From contig OX638161.1 in NCBI GenBank assembly GCA_951804945.1, positions 5,022,001 through 5,086,000 on the forward strand: a stretch of 64,000 nucleotides of DNA, given 5' to 3'. Of the stretch, positions 62,401-64,000 are shown piece by piece; the stretch's first letter is position 1; each line of letters opens with the position of its first letter. The position numbers and the translations under genes are program-made. The notes under the pieces are model-generated. The model made no database searches and had not been told where the DNA came from. It was given only the letters and a program-made list of their open reading frames with translations. This DNA is from Podarcis cretensis. Its lineage: Eukaryota.

Positions 62401-63411
62401 TTGGTTTCCCTTCGCCGCCTTTTCCGAAGGGTGGCTAGCCAGAGCAGTGGTGGAGGTCGCGGAATTATGGTGCATCTTTTTAGAAAAAAACCTCCCCCCC
62501 CCCAAGGGAGGTTCTTGGCATGAATGCAAGGGTGAAAAGTGCTTGGTTTCCCTGCACAATGCAGGGCCATCAACTGGCCTTAAATTATGTAAGGCACTTC
62601 TGAAGGTTACTGCTGCTTATTACTGTTTTGTAGGCACTGCTTGCAGAAAGATATCCCAATCCTTTGGCAGCTGTTGCTTCCCTCTTCATTTGTTTTGATG
62701 ATGGTATCCATGGGGGTGTGCTCCGAGCATCATCTTACAACCCCCCTTCCACTTGTCTATTTGTTGAACATTACCTGCTTTGGCACAGGGAAAACGTTGC
62801 TTCCTTTTGCGCCCTTGCATTGGTGTGTTGGTACAGTTGGTACAGCAACTGTTTTACATTAGCACAGTTTCCAAACTCGTTTTATGAACCCCTTTCTTGG
62901 CATCTTATTGGACCACTTAAACTTCTCATTCTACTAATCAAAAGTACCTTTGCAACTCATTATATTAATTGTGATCTTGTTGTCCAGTGTGGTGGGTGCA
63001 AATGTTTTCTGAGCAAACGTCAGGCGTAAGTAATCTTTGTAAGCTTTAGCCTTGGGGTTGGGTTCAGCAGTCATCTTATTTTTGTATTGGGATTTGAGGG
63101 TGGCAAGTGATGAAAATCCCATCTTGTACAGGGATGTGAAAAGCAAAGCATTCTTTCCCATTGTCATCAAAACCAGCGCTGCATTATGAGAACCATGGAG
63201 CCTGGCCTAGGGGCTTGTTGACCTTTTGATAATTCAGTCCTCCATCATCACATTGAGGAAAATAAGTGCGGCCTTTCCACAGGCCACAGTTTAAAAACCT
63301 TTGCCATAGTTGAGGTCATTTCTATTTCCATTGTATGTGTTTCTCTTTCTTGCATACTGGGGCAAGTGACTTGCTGTAAGAGCAAGCTGCAGTAAACAAG
63401 TGTAGTTGAGA

Positions 63412-63543
63412 TCATAGGATCGTAGCATTGTAGTGTTTGAAGGGACCCCGAGGGTCATCTAGTCCAACCCCCTCCAATGCAAGAATCTCAACTAAGGCAT
63501 TCCTGACAGATGGCCATCCAGCCTCTGCTTAAATACCTCCAAG
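63412..63543 (-). mobile_element. CR1 3' terminal fragment
   Basis: gaagggaccccgagggtcatctagtccaacccc..gatggccatccagcctctgcttaaatacctccaa, the reverse of a CR1 3' end. Confidence 0.75.
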
Positions 63544-64000
63544 GTAGATTCTAGCCAAAGTGAAGGTGGCAAATCTACATATTAAACTTGTATAGATCAT
63601 TTAGGAGCAGTTGTTTCTGAATAAACTATTAGGTTAAATGGGGCTTTCTCCACGAATGTGTACATAGCCTTAGGTCCCCCTTACTAATTTCAGCAGAGCT
63701 TAACAAATACTTAACTCCTTTCCCTCCTTTCTTGCAGAAAATCATTAGGACTTGAAAATATTTTTCTGTGGTTGGATTGTCCTCTTACCTATCTTTCTGA
63801 TGCTGAATTATTGGCGGATTTGGAGCTTTACATGATGTTTTATGGCATAATATTACCAGAATGCTGATGCAGCAGTTGGATGTGCTTGCCCATCCAGCTT
63901 CAGGATGGTCTGTTTCTTGATTGCTTAGGTTGGGAAATGTCAGTTGGTGTCTAACTGCAGCAGTGAGTAAAGACTGGTAGTACCAGTTTCCAAACTTTCT

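Noticed and set aside
60699-62573. Long overlapping ORFs of 200-421 aa on both strands
   Set aside because: Low-complexity G/A/R/P translations expected from stop-poor CpG-island DNA; no recognisable domain.

Overview
Vertebrate (squamate reptile, probably a lacertid lizard, judged from Sauria SINEs, BovB, CR1, L2, Rex1 and Penelope content) genomic DNA. The + strand carries the 3' part of COBL (cordon-bleu WH2 actin nucleator). Eight coding exons reconstructed by hand (3846-3966, 6303-6473, 25668-25974, 28587-28684, 30298-32285, 32928-33047, 35322-35573, 37474-37491) have GT-AG boundaries and consistent phases. They total 3075 nt (1024 aa + stop), include a KRAP motif and three WH2 domains, and end in VPLLV*. 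A 3' UTR probably runs to about 39.75 kb. A repeat-rich intergenic region follows, then a CpG island at about 60.75-62.4 kb that, by COBL-GRB10-DDC synteny, is probably the GRB10 promoter. No GRB10 coding sequence is visible. Most notable observations: (i) a Penelope-like element forming a perfect 221-bp inverted repeat with a minimal hammerhead ribozyme in each arm, inside the 19-kb COBL intron; (ii) a COBL cassette exon starting with an AG|GTAATG recursive-splice-like site; (iii) a triple NAGNAGNAG acceptor; (iv) all three WH2 domains cut by phase-0 introns at LRK|, so read-through keeps LRKV; (v) inverted Sauria SINEs flanking an in-frame 405-nt exon pair (circRNA candidate); (vi) a near-identical 2.2-kb tandem duplication with a 150-bp templated insert; (vii) many nested TE insertions with readable TSDs. 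I found no evidence of a wholly new gene system. The mechanistic ideas are hypotheses, and family assignments come from motif recognition, not database searches.
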